Below, in pieces: positions 1-10,958 of a stretch of 64,000 bases of DNA. Where the stretch lies: contig CP158636.1 of NCBI GenBank assembly GCA_050273025.1, positions 2,418,001 to 2,482,000 on the forward strand. Direction: 5' to 3'. The translations under genes were made by a program, and so were the position numbers. How positions within the stretch are numbered: the first letter of the stretch is position 1; every line of letters starts with the position of its first letter. The DNA is from Cenococcum geophilum. Lineage: Eukaryota. Under the pieces are notes generated by a model. That model did no database searches. It had not been told where the DNA came from and was given only the letters and a program-made list of their open reading frames with translations.

Positions 1-2262
1 CCGGACCCTAGCATCAATGTGCCATCGCCACGACCCCATGATGATCTTTCTCGCCGGTCGTCAGTATCTTCTCGACGCTTTTCCGCAAACCAAGGCCCAG
101 AGGAAAAAGCGCTTGCTCGTAGAATCCTAAAATTAGAGAACGAACTTACAGCTGAGAAGGAAGCCCGTGCGGCATTAGAGAAAGACACGCAGTCGAGAAA
201 TGAAACAGACAACGACCTCAAACGTCAGATCGAAGAAGCGAATTCTACAAAGAAGGACCTCATGGAAAATATGGAAGCTCAACAGAAAGAATTCCTTGGC
301 GAACGGAGATCTCTTGAAGAGAAAATTACTGAATATAAAATTAAGATTGAGGAAGCCGAAGATGAGCTGGATCGTATTCTAGGCAGTCGGGACAATGAGC
401 GAACCGGCACAGATACAAAGATGCAAGACCTCCTTACAGAGCTGGAACATGTGCGTAAGGAAAATGCCGAGGAAATTGAGCGGGCTCAAAACCGAGTCAA
501 AGAGCTAGAGAAAACCCTCCGGCAACGTGTGGAAGTTGATGCTCAGCAGCGAACATCTCTCGTTGCTGCCTATAGCCGTTTGGCACCCGAAGATACAGTT
601 CCTGATGATCATTTCCAACTTTATACCAAGTTGGAGGACCTGGCTATGCGGTCAATGACCCATCTCAGAGAGCTGACACAAGCTGTAGCGGCGGCACAGT
701 CCGAAAACAGTTCAATCCGGTCGCAAGTCGAGAAGAGAGAAAGCGACCTTGTCACCAAATTGGAGTCTCAAGAAGCAGAGACCTTCAGCTTGCGAGAGCA
801 GCTAGATGCCGAAAAGGCTAAAGGAAGCTCTATCGCAGCAGAACTTAACGAAGAACGCGAACACCTCCGGGTTCTCCGAACCAAGTTTGCTGAAGGCGAA
901 ACAGGCTCCGAAGCTTTGCGGCAGCGAGTCGCCGAAGAAGAAGCTAAAGTAGGCTTTCTGTCAGCCGAGCTTGCTCAATCTAAGTCCCATGCAAATAGCC
1001 TAGATGTCGAGCTCACCGCATTGCAGAAGAAATTCTCAAAGCATTCAGAGACAGACGCATCAAAGCTTCAACAGAGGTCTCTACGGGCTAAGGAATTGAG
1101 TCAACGACTCTACGCACAGCAAGATCGATTATTGCGGCTATTGGAGACCATGGGATTCTTGGTAGCCTACGAGGATGACACAATGATAGTTCAGCGAGCT
1201 TCGAAAGCTAGCGCTAGCACAACTCTACATGACCCATCTAACTCAATGAATCGCAGTACCACTACTCCTTCGCCTACGCCCTTGAAGAGACACCTGGAGG
1301 ACTTTGCAGATATTAGCTTCCTCCAATGGTCGGAGACTGACAATCTTGACGAAGAAACTCAGAAATACGCAGACTTGCTCAGCATCCTCGATCGTTTCAA
1401 CATCGAAATCTTCAGCGACTCAATCTCGAAGAGAATGCGTGACATGGAACACACTGCACGCAAATGGCAGAAGGAGGCTCGCGCATATCGTGATAAAGCA
1501 CACCGTGCACAAGGCGAGGCTCATGAAAAGATTGCGTTCCGGTCGTTCAAAGACGGCGATTTAGCACTCTTCTTACCCACGAGAAACCAAGCAACTCGGC
1601 CGTGGGCAGCCTTTAACGTTGGAGCTCCTCATTACTTCCTTCGTGAACAAGACTCCCACAAACTACACAATAAAGAATGGCTTGTCGCACGCATCTCAAA
1701 GGTAGAAGAACGCGTTGTTGACTTGTCGAAGACAATGGCTGGCGCTCGAATAAGCAGTGATGGCCGTTCTATTACCAGCGAAGGCGGCATATCATATGAA
1801 GACGACAATCCCTTCGAACTCTCCGACGGCCTGCGCTGGTACCTTCTTGATGCCGCGGAGGAAAAAGCCGGAGCACCATCAACTCCCGGCCTAGGAAAAA
1901 CAACTGTCGCGAGTGCCCACGTAGACGCCAGAGGCAGCATCAGAATGACAAAGAAATCAAGCGCCAACGATCCTACCAAAAGTCTTAACAAGAGCCTCGA
2001 TAGCAGACGCAGCAGCGCCAACTCCAGGAAAGGCGTCCCCGTAGCCATCACGTCCAAAAATGGCTCTTCGGAAGCAGTAGCCACCGACACAGCGGAAGGC
2101 TCCAACACCGCCGGTAGAGGCACAAGCCCGAGCACAACAGGGCCAGGCCCATCCCACCTGCGCACAGAGAGTCAGGCGTCGGGCTCGCGCGCAGGCGGCA
2201 TCGCCATCGACGGTGCAGACAAAGCAGACGAGGTGCGGAAAGACTTGCTCTGGGGACCGTGA
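1..2262 (+). CDS. ATG11: Autophagy-related protein 11 (3' part; the gene starts upstream of the window)
   Basis: Frame is open from position 1. A long coiled coil is followed by the ATG11 C-terminal domain (EKIAFRSFKDGDLALFLPTRNQ...WAAFNVGAPHYFL...NPFELSDGLRWY). The GTG at 19 is not a real start. Confidence 0.92.
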   Translation, partial: PDPSINVPSPRPHDDLSRRSSVSSRRFSANQGPEEKALARRILKLENELTAEKEARAALEKDTQSRNETDNDLKRQIEEANSTKKDLMENMEAQQKEFLGERRSLEEKITEYKIKIEEAEDELDRILGSRDNERTGTDTKMQDLLTELEHVRKENAEEIERAQNRVKELEKTLRQRVEVDAQQRTSLVAAYSRLAPEDTVPDDHFQLYTKLEDLAMRSMTHLRELTQAVAAAQSENSSIRSQVEKRESDLVTKLESQEAETFSLREQLDAEKAKGSSIAAELNEEREHLRVLRTKFAEGETGSEALRQRVAEEEAKVGFLSAELAQSKSHANSLDVELTALQKKFSKHSETDASKLQQRSLRAKELSQRLYAQQDRLLRLLETMGFLVAYEDDTMIVQRASKASASTTLHDPSNSMNRSTTTPSPTPLKRHLEDFADISFLQWSETDNLDEETQKYADLLSILDRFNIEIFSDSISKRMRDMEHTARKWQKEARAYRDKAHRAQGEAHEKIAFRSFKDGDLALFLPTRNQATRPWAAFNVGAPHYFLREQDSHKLHNKEWLVARISKVEERVVDLSKTMAGARISSDGRSITSEGGISYEDDNPFELSDGLRWYLLDAAEEKAGAPSTPGLGKTTVASAHVDARGSIRMTKKSSANDPTKSLNKSLDSRRSSANSRKGVPVAITSKNGSSEAVATDTAEGSNTAGRGTSPSTTGPGPSHLRTESQASGSRAGGIAIDGADKADEVRKDLLWGP

Positions 2263-2302
2263 GAGAGGTAACATCCGCCGGCTGACTTTTTGTGTTTTCC
2301 AG

Positions 2303-2506
2303 GGTTGGAAACGGAGCGCCTCGCCCGTTAAATCTACCGTTGCTTCTGCATCTACTTCTGCTGCACCCTCGCCGTCTAAGGCTGTTGTGGAGGTGCGCTC
2401 GACGTCCGCTTCGCCAAACCAAAAGCAGCCGAGGGTTAGGTCGGGGTTATGGGATTCGTTGTGGCAGCTTGATATTAGTTATGAGAGTGGGAGGGCGAGG
2501 AAGTAG
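2303..2506 (+). CDS. ATG11: Possible alternative terminal exon of ATG11 (GWKRSASPVK...LWQLDISYESGRARK*)
   Basis: Phase-0 intron 2233-2302: donor GAG|GTGCGG, branch GCTGAC 2281-2286, pyrimidine tract, acceptor TTCCAG. The spliced product stays in frame. Confidence 0.6.
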   Translation, partial: GWKRSASPVKSTVASASTSAAPSPSKAVVEVRSTSASPNQKQPRVRSGLWDSLWQLDISYESGRARK

Positions 2507-3424
2507 GCTGGTGGGTTGGTTTAGTAACTAGGTTGGAGAGAGATTATTAGTCGGCGAGCTGATATTTAGGGTATCTAGTCCTTTAAGATATAATTTATTA
2601 TAATCTATATCATGGACTCGAATTAATTAATCTACTGTGCCTTGGCTTTGGATTGAAATGCGTTTGACGCATACTAAAAAATAGGGCCTGCCGCCCTATA
2701 CTCCAAGCAACGTTCACAACGAGACTATTATGTGCTAAACTCCGCTTGGTGGATTTATGGTCTAGATACTGAAATTATCAGGCTTAGCATAACGTTTTAG
2801 CCACCTGATCGATTAAAGCTGCAAGCTTCTGCATCTACGTAGAGGCGTAGAGCTTTGCGAGAGCTCTGCGGAACGAAACTTAACGGGGAGCCGTGCATCG
2901 GGCTCTGCACCCTTCATAGAGAATTCGTTGGTTGATAAGGAGCAGTATCCCCATCTATAAGTTGGTCCGTGCGCGAACAACAACGTATGATTCGGTTGAC
3001 TTAATTAGCTAGTTCTTATCGATAACAGATGGACGCATATCACCGTACACCAAACAATCCACGAAAGGTCTGATTTATGAGATAAGACAATGGAGCTCGG
3101 TAAAACCCACAGCAGGCTCCGTGGCCACGTGCATTGCTGGAAGCCCTCCAAAGTCCTGCAGCCTTGCGCTCCCAAAAGCGAAGTTGACAGCTGCATGATG
3201 GACGCATGGTGATGTCCAATTAAAGTGAGCTTCTGGACTTAGGCCATGAAATGAGGCGCTTTTACATTCGTCGGGTTGGCGTGAACAAACCCAGCATACC
3301 CGCGTGGGGTAGTAATCCCCATAAATTGGAACAGGGCCATATACACACAGCCCGTCTGTTCGCAGGCGTCCATCAAGCACGCTGCACGCCTAGAGCACGA
3401 CACTGACGAAAGATAATTCTCACC

Positions 3425-6400
3425 CTGTCCTTGGACCTCAACCCAGACATCTCCATAAGGGACCAATGGGCTCGTTAGCTTGTCATCCGAGGTGTCTAGG
3501 TTGAGTAGAACGAATTAGTTCGCCGCCATGTCCCTGCAGAAGACCATGCTCCGTTGATTCTTCACGGCGACACTCTCCCACCCGCACCATCTCCTCCCAT
3601 TATGAGGGATCCACGTGATCGGCCCAAGATCGTCCACCTCGGCATCGTGGGCGCCGGTACTGCTGGACTTTTTGCGGCCATGGTGCTCGATTACCTCAAC
3701 TCTGAGCTGTTCAAGAGAGCCGCGCTCCAACGGGCACGAAGGTTAAGCCGTCCACGGGAGATTATCCATCCAGCAGAGTGACCCGTTGAAGCAGCATGAC
3801 CCGCTGAAGCAGCATAGCCCGTCCAAGAAACCGACAGAGTCGATCTTCAAATATGATATTCTCGAATCCACACCCCCAGAAAGACTTGGAAGACGTCTCT
3901 TCACCTACAATTTTGGGGGCGATCAGGATACCCACGACTACTACGATGTCGGAGCAGTGAGGTTTCCGGACAACCCAGTCATGACGCGGTAAAGCACTCG
4001 TCTTCTAACGATGGAGGGAAACTCACACAAACAGGACCTTCAATCTCTTCACCAGACTCGGCATGAAGAAAGACGACCTAAAAACCAACCCCGATGCTGA
4101 GGATGGGTCCATCATTCCCTACTACATGAAGAACGGCGACACCGAATCAGGTTCAAGCGAGCCATGGTGCTACAACGATATCACCTTATGGGGCACTTAC
4201 GACAAGATTAGGTCCCAGTCGACGGACGGCGATCCTTTCCAAATGGCAACCGATGGAAGCATCCCTAAAACGTATGAGACCGAGTCTGCTGCAACTGAAA
4301 ATATACGGACTCCATAGGTAGCTAACAGAAGATTTCCCTCTTAGAATCCTCCAATACTCCCTCGATGAAGTCATGAAAGCCGCCACCGAACATTTAGAGA
4401 GGCGCTGAAGAAAGATGCTCTGAAAGCCCCGCCAGGGAGAGCAGGCTGGGACCTTCTCATGAAATACGACACTTTTAGTACTCGCCAGTTTCTGGGCACG
4501 TAAGTACCACTCCATCTTGTGTCGACATCAACGGCTTACTCACCCGCCTTCTGCAAAAGGGATCCACCAGAACCGCTTCCCGAAGGACTCATTCCACCGC
4601 CGCCGTACAACTATGATACCATTGAGTGGATGGAGACATTCAACGGGTGAGATGCAGTCCTGTCTAAGCATGCCAATGCGGAAGCTGGCCTCCTTCAAGT
4701 GGAACCAACTGGTATGACCAAGCGCACAGCGAGACGGTTCTCGAATCATTGGACTTCGAGTTCAGTGATGACACGAAATAGTACTGCATCCTTGGAGGCA
4801 CCCAGCAGCTCGCCAAGAAAATGGAGGCCAAGCTTTCTCACAAGCCTGCCTACAACTCCCTGGGACAGCAATTAGGGCCAGTGATGTCACTGGTTAGGTT
4901 ACTTTATTGGATCGGTTCGGTTATACCAAAATTCAAAGCCTAACCGGTTAGACGATTTTATTGGCTTAATCTGGATCGGTTCTGAAGCTTTAGCGATAAC
5001 CAGGTAACCAGGAACCAGTAAGGCCTTAGTGGTAAGGATTTAGGTAAGGGCGAACGTCACCTAAGGGAGCCAAGCCTCGTCTATTGGCTTAAAATTGCCG
5101 TGTAGCAACGCCCGAGTTAATCCGTTTGAGGCTTTATAGATGATCAGATCGATTGGATGTAGTTAATTTAATGGAGTTGATAAAGTTAAGGTAGTTATTC
5201 CTAACCGCGTTATCCCCATCGCGTCGCCTATATCACGTCGCCCATAACGCGTCGCCTTTATTATTACTACCCTTACTACTGCCCTCATCGCGTTACCCTT
5301 ATTACTGCCCATATACTGCCCTCATTGTTTTATAATTGACGACTAATCGTCGTTCAACACCGTGCCAAGACTCGCGATAGTAAGTACGACGTTCTAATTT
5401 GCTCATTGATCGCTAATATCACTGCTGACGTCCTGCAAGCTTTATAGGATCTCTATATACTATTTTATTACTTTATACAACTCCTCCGTACCTTCCTTAA
5501 GCACCTTTACCGCTTTATACACTATATTACTCCAAAATCTATATATTTTATCCGGTTGATCTGGTTTAACCGGTTACATAACCGGTTAGTAGCCTAAATC
5601 CGAATTTTGGATCGGTTTTGGCCTCATTTTTGTAACCTAACCTAACCGCTGACATCACTGATTAGGGCCACCGGCACGATGCAAGTGGATGTCGAAATGG
5701 AGACTTCGTCTGTAAAGAAGATAAAGAGATACAACGGCGTTTTTCAATACGACGACTCTCGGATGTCTAAGGCGAATGGACCTTAGCAACGCCGGACTCA
5801 ACTACAGTACTAAGCAAGCCATTCGCTCCTTGGGATACGGCCCAGCGGCCAAGGTTGCCATCAAGTTCAAACGCGCATGGTGGATTCACGACCTCAAGGA
5901 CTACAACGTCAAGATGGGCGGCCTCGGCCATTCCGACCTCACTGCACGGACGTGCATGTATGTACCCATCTTACAACATCTACGACGAGACGAAGACGGC
6001 CGTCCTGTTAAACTCCTACACCTGGCAGCAAGACTCGCAACGCCTTGCGTCGCTAATGTCCACCAACTCGGACCACGCCCAGAAGGTCAAAGACGAGGCC
6101 GTCCTGAAGGAGCTGCTCTTCCGCGGGCTCGTCCGTTTGCATAAGAACAAGGACATGACGGAGGAGGAGCTTTACAGCCTCACCAGCGACAACTAAATCG
6201 ACCACCATGCGTTCGACTGGTACAAGGACCCAAACACGGCGGGGGCATTTGCCTTTTTCCGACCGCAGCAGTTCACATGCATGTGGAACAAGATAGTCCA
6301 GCCGTCTGGGGATGTTGTCATCGTCGGCGAGGCGTCGAGTCCCCATCACGCCTGGGTTGTTGGTGCGCTCGAGAGCGTTGTGCACGGCATCCATGCCTGG

Positions 6401-6543
6401 ATGGGATTGAACGTGGGGCTCGTTCCCAAATTTGCAGTGGCAATGGAAATTCCGAGGATGGAAACCCGTTCGTGGGCCTGCCCCCTTACATGGATGCAAA
6501 TATCTCGCGGTGGCACTCGCTTCTTGGAATGATCCATCGCTAG
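3425..6543 (+). pseudogene. Flavin-containing amine oxidase / L-amino acid oxidase pseudogene
   Basis: FAD motif GIVGAGTAGL, then GxRLFTY, HDYYDVGAVRFP, AAKVAIKF...WW, GEASSPHHAWVVGALES. The motifs are spread over several frames with TAG stops (about 3476-3508) and frameshifts, and the gene is split by a hAT MITE at 4879-5660. Boundaries approximate. Confidence 0.85.
4879..5660. mobile_element. Non-autonomous hAT element (MITE), 782 bp
   Basis: TIR CAGTGATGTCAc/gtGGTTAGGTT at both ends; 8-bp TSD ATTAGGGC at 4871-4878 and 5661-5668; no transposase. Confidence 0.92.
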
Positions 6544-7259
6544 GAGCACCTGAGTGGCATGGGGGAAGAGTCCCCCGCCAGTCTTTTTGCTCAGCTCGAC
6601 CTCAATGCGGATTCGAAAGCACGGGATTGTTAGGCAGTATCCATAGGCGATTTCCCTCCTTTTTATTTTATTTTAAGGTTGCGGCATGTAATGGGCTAGG
6701 CAGCAATAGCGCCGATCGGTCTGCGAACCCTAGTACTATTAATTTCCCCTCTGCAGATGTTGATAAACTGGAGTCCAGAAAATGTCCCTGCAGACTTGTT
6801 CCATGGATCTTGTTGTGCTCTTCCGCCTGACCTTCAGACGATCCAAGTTTCTATATAACCCACTCCCCTTGACCTCTCATTTCCCAGACATCGTGTTGTA
6901 GCGCTTCTTCCGCCTACCATTTCGTCGACTCGGGAACCAGGGTTACCATGTCTCCGTGCTTAACGAAGTAGAGAACAGACTCTCGTCTTCCGATCTAAAA
7001 CGGCGCAATATCTCGACAGCCTCCTTAAGAGGACTTACCTGCAGCATAGTATATAGCTCTTGCATGTCAGCATAGTGCTGGTCGGCCTCAGCAAACTTCC
7101 GGTTCAATGCGCTTGTCGGCATGACGCCACAGGGGATTGGGATCTAGACTTTGGCTCTATGTCCCCGTTTTTGCAATGTGACATTCCTCGCTCGTCTTTG
7201 AACCACGTGCGATGGCGGTCCGGTGTTCTATTTATCATCGTCATGATTCACTTCGAAGT

Positions 7260-8200
7260 TTGAGTTACGCAATGAGAATAATGCCACCCCTCACCCTAAA
7301 GATCCGCTCTGACCTTATAATGCTCCTCCGCAACTCTAAGCATGTCGAGATCAACCTCGCTAGTGATCATATCGCCCTTCTCAACCCCGAGTTTCCCTAA
7401 GCACCCCATAATCGGCATCGCCACATGGCTCTCTCCCCAAGCGTTGCCAATATGCAACGGCGCACGTATTCTCATACGCCCTGGCCACCGTCACGCTATC
7501 CAGAAACGCCACCTCCGACTTCAGATTTAGAGCCAGGACCTTCGGGCTGATTTTGGTTATGCTAGTATAATCCGTAAAGGCATGACAATCACTTGCGCCC
7601 CGCCCGCCGCCGGCTCGCGGAAGGCCTCGGGGAATGCGAGGCCCTAGCAGATGAGCATTTCGACACGCATCGTGCCGTTTCTGGGCAGAGGAACGTCAAA
7701 CGCTATGTGGGGGGTGTGACGTCCGGCCGTCAAGATGCCTCACCCGAGGTACCATAGATTTTTCTTCTGGCATGTGGAGAGAATGTCGCCGGCAGGGGCG
7801 GCGATGAAGTAGGCCACGTTGCGCAACTCCGTAACCAGTGGGTTGGAAGCCTCTGCCTCACCGTTAATTGACGTTCCCGGCGCGGCGGACGGTACCTGTT
7901 CGACAGCTCGACAATAGTGCCGGGCACGATGTGGATGTTGAGGTCCTGGGCGGGCTTGGTAACGGGTAGGCACGCCACAGACTCAGCATAGGATGCGATG
8001 AAGTCTGGGTGCTCTGGGACACATGATGTGAGGTGGTATTCCGGAAGCACCGCGAGTTGGCTTCCCTGCGAGGCGGCCGATCAGATATCGGCAGCTGCCT
8101 TGGCAAAATTCTCCTTTGGAAAAAGAGGCTTGTTGAGGGAATTATCAGCAGAAAGAATTATCGTACTCTGGTTTCTTCTCCTCCAGAGCCATGGCCCGTG
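7260..8200 (-). pseudogene. Carbon-nitrogen hydrolase (nitrilase superfamily) pseudogene
   Basis: Motifs LPEYHL (Glu), IHIVPGTIVE, NVAYFI, QKKNLW (Lys), and MLIC*xLAFPEAFRE (Cys followed by a stop, about 7650) lie in shifting frames. Boundaries approximate. Confidence 0.75.
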
Positions 8201-8585
8201 CACGCGGTCGAGAACATCAACTTTCTCGTGTCAAGTAGAGAATAGATAAAGGCTCTGCCGAACACCACTCTGCAGGACGGGCCCTTGTTGGCAGGAGTAC
8301 GTAGATCAACTCAAGTCCAAAGAATGAAGCTCTATATGTAATATATACCCTAAATCTGATGTATTTGTGGCCTTATCCACGAGGACCTCACTTCTAGCAG
8401 AACGATTGACCGCCTGCGTATGCAGCTTACTGATTGGTGTGCAAGGAGACAGTTCTATGCAAGGGATAAGCTATCAGCTTCATGCCGCGTCACTAAACGA
8501 GGCGTGAGGAGGTCTTCGAAGGCGTCTTTACCCCACCCATTATTTTTTCTTTATCTGCACCGCCGGCATTTCTACAAAGCCGGGA

Positions 8586-9977
8586 ATGGAGCACGCCTAC
8601 AATTTATCACTTCTAGACCAGCAAGCATACCGTGGGTATGTGAACTTACTTTTTTGCTTCGCAGAAACCTCATATGGCTCAAATATATCGGCGATTGAAC
8701 ATTTTCGCCATGGGAGTTCAAGATTCGCTTTGGCATTCCCAGTGGTGAGAGGCCGAGTACGGCTAAAACCGGAACGAGGTCACGTCGAAGTCACATACCA
8801 AGAAAATGATGTAGACCCGCCTTTCATGGTTCAAGATTATCATGATAACAGCCCCTCTTACGATGAGATACGGAAAAGCATTTTCTCAATCCAAGGACCC
8901 AAATTCAACGGCTTTTCACAAGGAGTAGAAAATTGTGACGATGCTGTTATAGCAATAAAAATCAGCTTGATCCATGGAGGCCTGATCCTATGTTTCTCTG
9001 CTCATCATTCCTTTGCTGATGCGGTGGGAATTGGTGTGCTCACCAGAATGTATGCCGCGCATTGTGCTAGGAGAGACATCCCGCAACCAGAGCTTCTAAG
9101 CGTGGATCGGCTTGCAGTGATCAAAGGATCGGAGATGGAGGATGCGTTGAAGTATCACGGAAGACTCTGGATACCTGCGCAGTCTGGCGCTTCAACCTCA
9201 CCCGTCCCCGAACCAGCTCCGTCACACTTTCTCATGCTCTCTATGAATGTTGAGATCTCCGAGGATGCGATCAAACAACTCAAGTCTGAGTGCATCAAAT
9301 TTGCAAAAAGCAAAGGTTCCGCCTCTTACATCTCAGCCCTTGATGCTGCAACCGCTCTTCTCTTCGCCTGTATCATGCGAGCTCGAGAAGCATATCTTTC
9401 CGCAGATAGTGTCTGTACTCTCAACGTAGCAGTGGATTGCCGCGAAAAACTACTTCCACGATTACCAAAAGAGTATTTGGGTAACTGCCATACGGGTGCG
9501 ATGGTTTACATACCTCTCGCTGAGTTACTGGCCGGATTGAATCAAGATTCATCTACAACATTAGCAAACCTCGCTTTCCAAATCCGCACAGCCATACTAA
9601 AAATTGACAACAAGCTTATGCGTGGTTACATTACCATGATTAGCGCGGAGCCAGACATAAGATGCACCTGGTCAGACGCGCCATCACCACTGGGACCGTC
9701 GGCATCGATAATGGCTTCAAGTTGGGCGAAGGTACCAGTAAATGCAGCGGATTTCGGTGGCGATATTGGAAGGCCGGAAGCCGTAAGGGTACACCTGGGT
9801 CAGGCGAACCAACTTTGTGTCCAACCACAGCAAGTAAAGGTCAATGAAAATGAGTCTTTGGAATTCGTAGGACCTTTGGTGTTCAGTACCTTGATCGAGA
9901 GAGGGTGTCTTGAGACTTTGAAAGGAGATGCCATGTTCAGGAGATGGTTTAAGATTGTGAATGAATACTACGTCTAA
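8586..9977 (+). CDS. CoA-dependent acyltransferase, BAHD/trichothecene 3-O-acetyltransferase-like
   Basis: Intact 463-aa ORF with HXXXD (HSFAD), LPKEYLGN and ADFGGDIGRPEAVR (DFG motif). Confidence 0.88.
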   Translation: MEHAYNLSLLDQQAYRGYVNLLFCFAETSYGSNISAIEHFRHGSSRFALAFPVVRGRVRLKPERGHVEVTYQENDVDPPFMVQDYHDNSPSYDEIRKSIFSIQGPKFNGFSQGVENCDDAVIAIKISLIHGGLILCFSAHHSFADAVGIGVLTRMYAAHCARRDIPQPELLSVDRLAVIKGSEMEDALKYHGRLWIPAQSGASTSPVPEPAPSHFLMLSMNVEISEDAIKQLKSECIKFAKSKGSASYISALDAATALLFACIMRAREAYLSADSVCTLNVAVDCREKLLPRLPKEYLGNCHTGAMVYIPLAELLAGLNQDSSTTLANLAFQIRTAILKIDNKLMRGYITMISAEPDIRCTWSDAPSPLGPSASIMASSWAKVPVNAADFGGDIGRPEAVRVHLGQANQLCVQPQQVKVNENESLEFVGPLVFSTLIERGCLETLKGDAMFRRWFKIVNEYYV

Positions 9978-10260
9978 GCGGCCCGAAGGGGTGAATCAGT
10001 GTGGTCAGTAATAATACAATAATTAATGATACAATTATCATTATTGATCATTATTAATCATTATTAATTAATTTAATTATAATAATATCTATATTTCTAA
10101 TCTTATTGCGTTACTTAGGCCTCTATATAATAGTGCTAGGGTATATTACCTACTACATTGCCGCATTACCGCATTCTGCCATATTCTGCCAGTCCTATAG
10201 TTATTCCAAAAATATCAGTAAAAATCGCTAAGCTGTATAACGTATATTAATAGTATATTA

Positions 10261-10556
10261 CTAAGTTCCACCATAACTTATCTACTAGGTTCCACTACAA
10301 CTATCTACTAAGTTCTACCGTAACTGTCCACTAAGTTCCACCATAACTGTCTACTAAGTTCCACTACAACTATCCACCAAGTTCCACCGCAACTATCTAC
10401 CTAGTTCTACCGCAACTATCCACCTAGTTCTACCGCAACTATCTACTAAGTTCTACCGCAACTGTCTACCAAGTTCTACCGTAACTGTCCACCAAATTCT
10501 ACTGTAACTGTCCACTAAGTTCTACCGCAACTATCTACTAAGTTCTACCGCAACTG
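10261..10556. repeat. 21-bp tandem array inside hAT-A copy 1 (about 14 units)
   Basis: Unit approximately CTAAGTTCCACCGCAACTGTC repeated head to tail, followed by GCAGAATATG 10-mers at about 10608-10680. Confidence 0.9.
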
Positions 10557-10958
10557 CCGTTTTCTGCCTATGCCGTAATAAGTGGTAAGTAAGCTAATAG
10601 TAGGGTGGCAGAATATGGCAGAATATGGCAGAATATAGCAGAATATGGTAGAATATAGCAGAAATATAGCAGAATATAGTATAATGCGGCATAATGCGGT
10701 AATATATAAGAGGTAACCTGCCCTAGTACTATTATAGGCAGAAAATAGCAGAATGTGGTTAATATAGCAGAATATAGCAGGAAATACGCCTAGATAGTAT
10801 TCTATAAGCTTTACTTTAGATACCAGCTCTTTAAGCACTTAGTTTTTTTTAACTATCTCTACTCCAAGCTGCATTCTTTCCTATAATATTATACGACGCC
10901 CACTAGAAAAAACTCTCTTTAGCTTATTGCTTATTATAGAAATTAATAGAACTTTAAA

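Noticed and set aside
1632..2422. Antisense ORFs over ATG11 and other short ORFs in the track
   Set aside because: Shadow frames of real genes or fragments of degraded transposons, with no independent motifs.
9962..9976. TGAATACTACGTCT repeated at about 42024 as a long TSD
   Set aside because: The true TSD is the 8-mer next to the TIRs; this is a small local duplication in the pre-insertion site.
10261..10556. CRISPR-like array
   Set aside because: Head-to-tail units without unique spacers, inside a eukaryotic hAT element; no cas genes.
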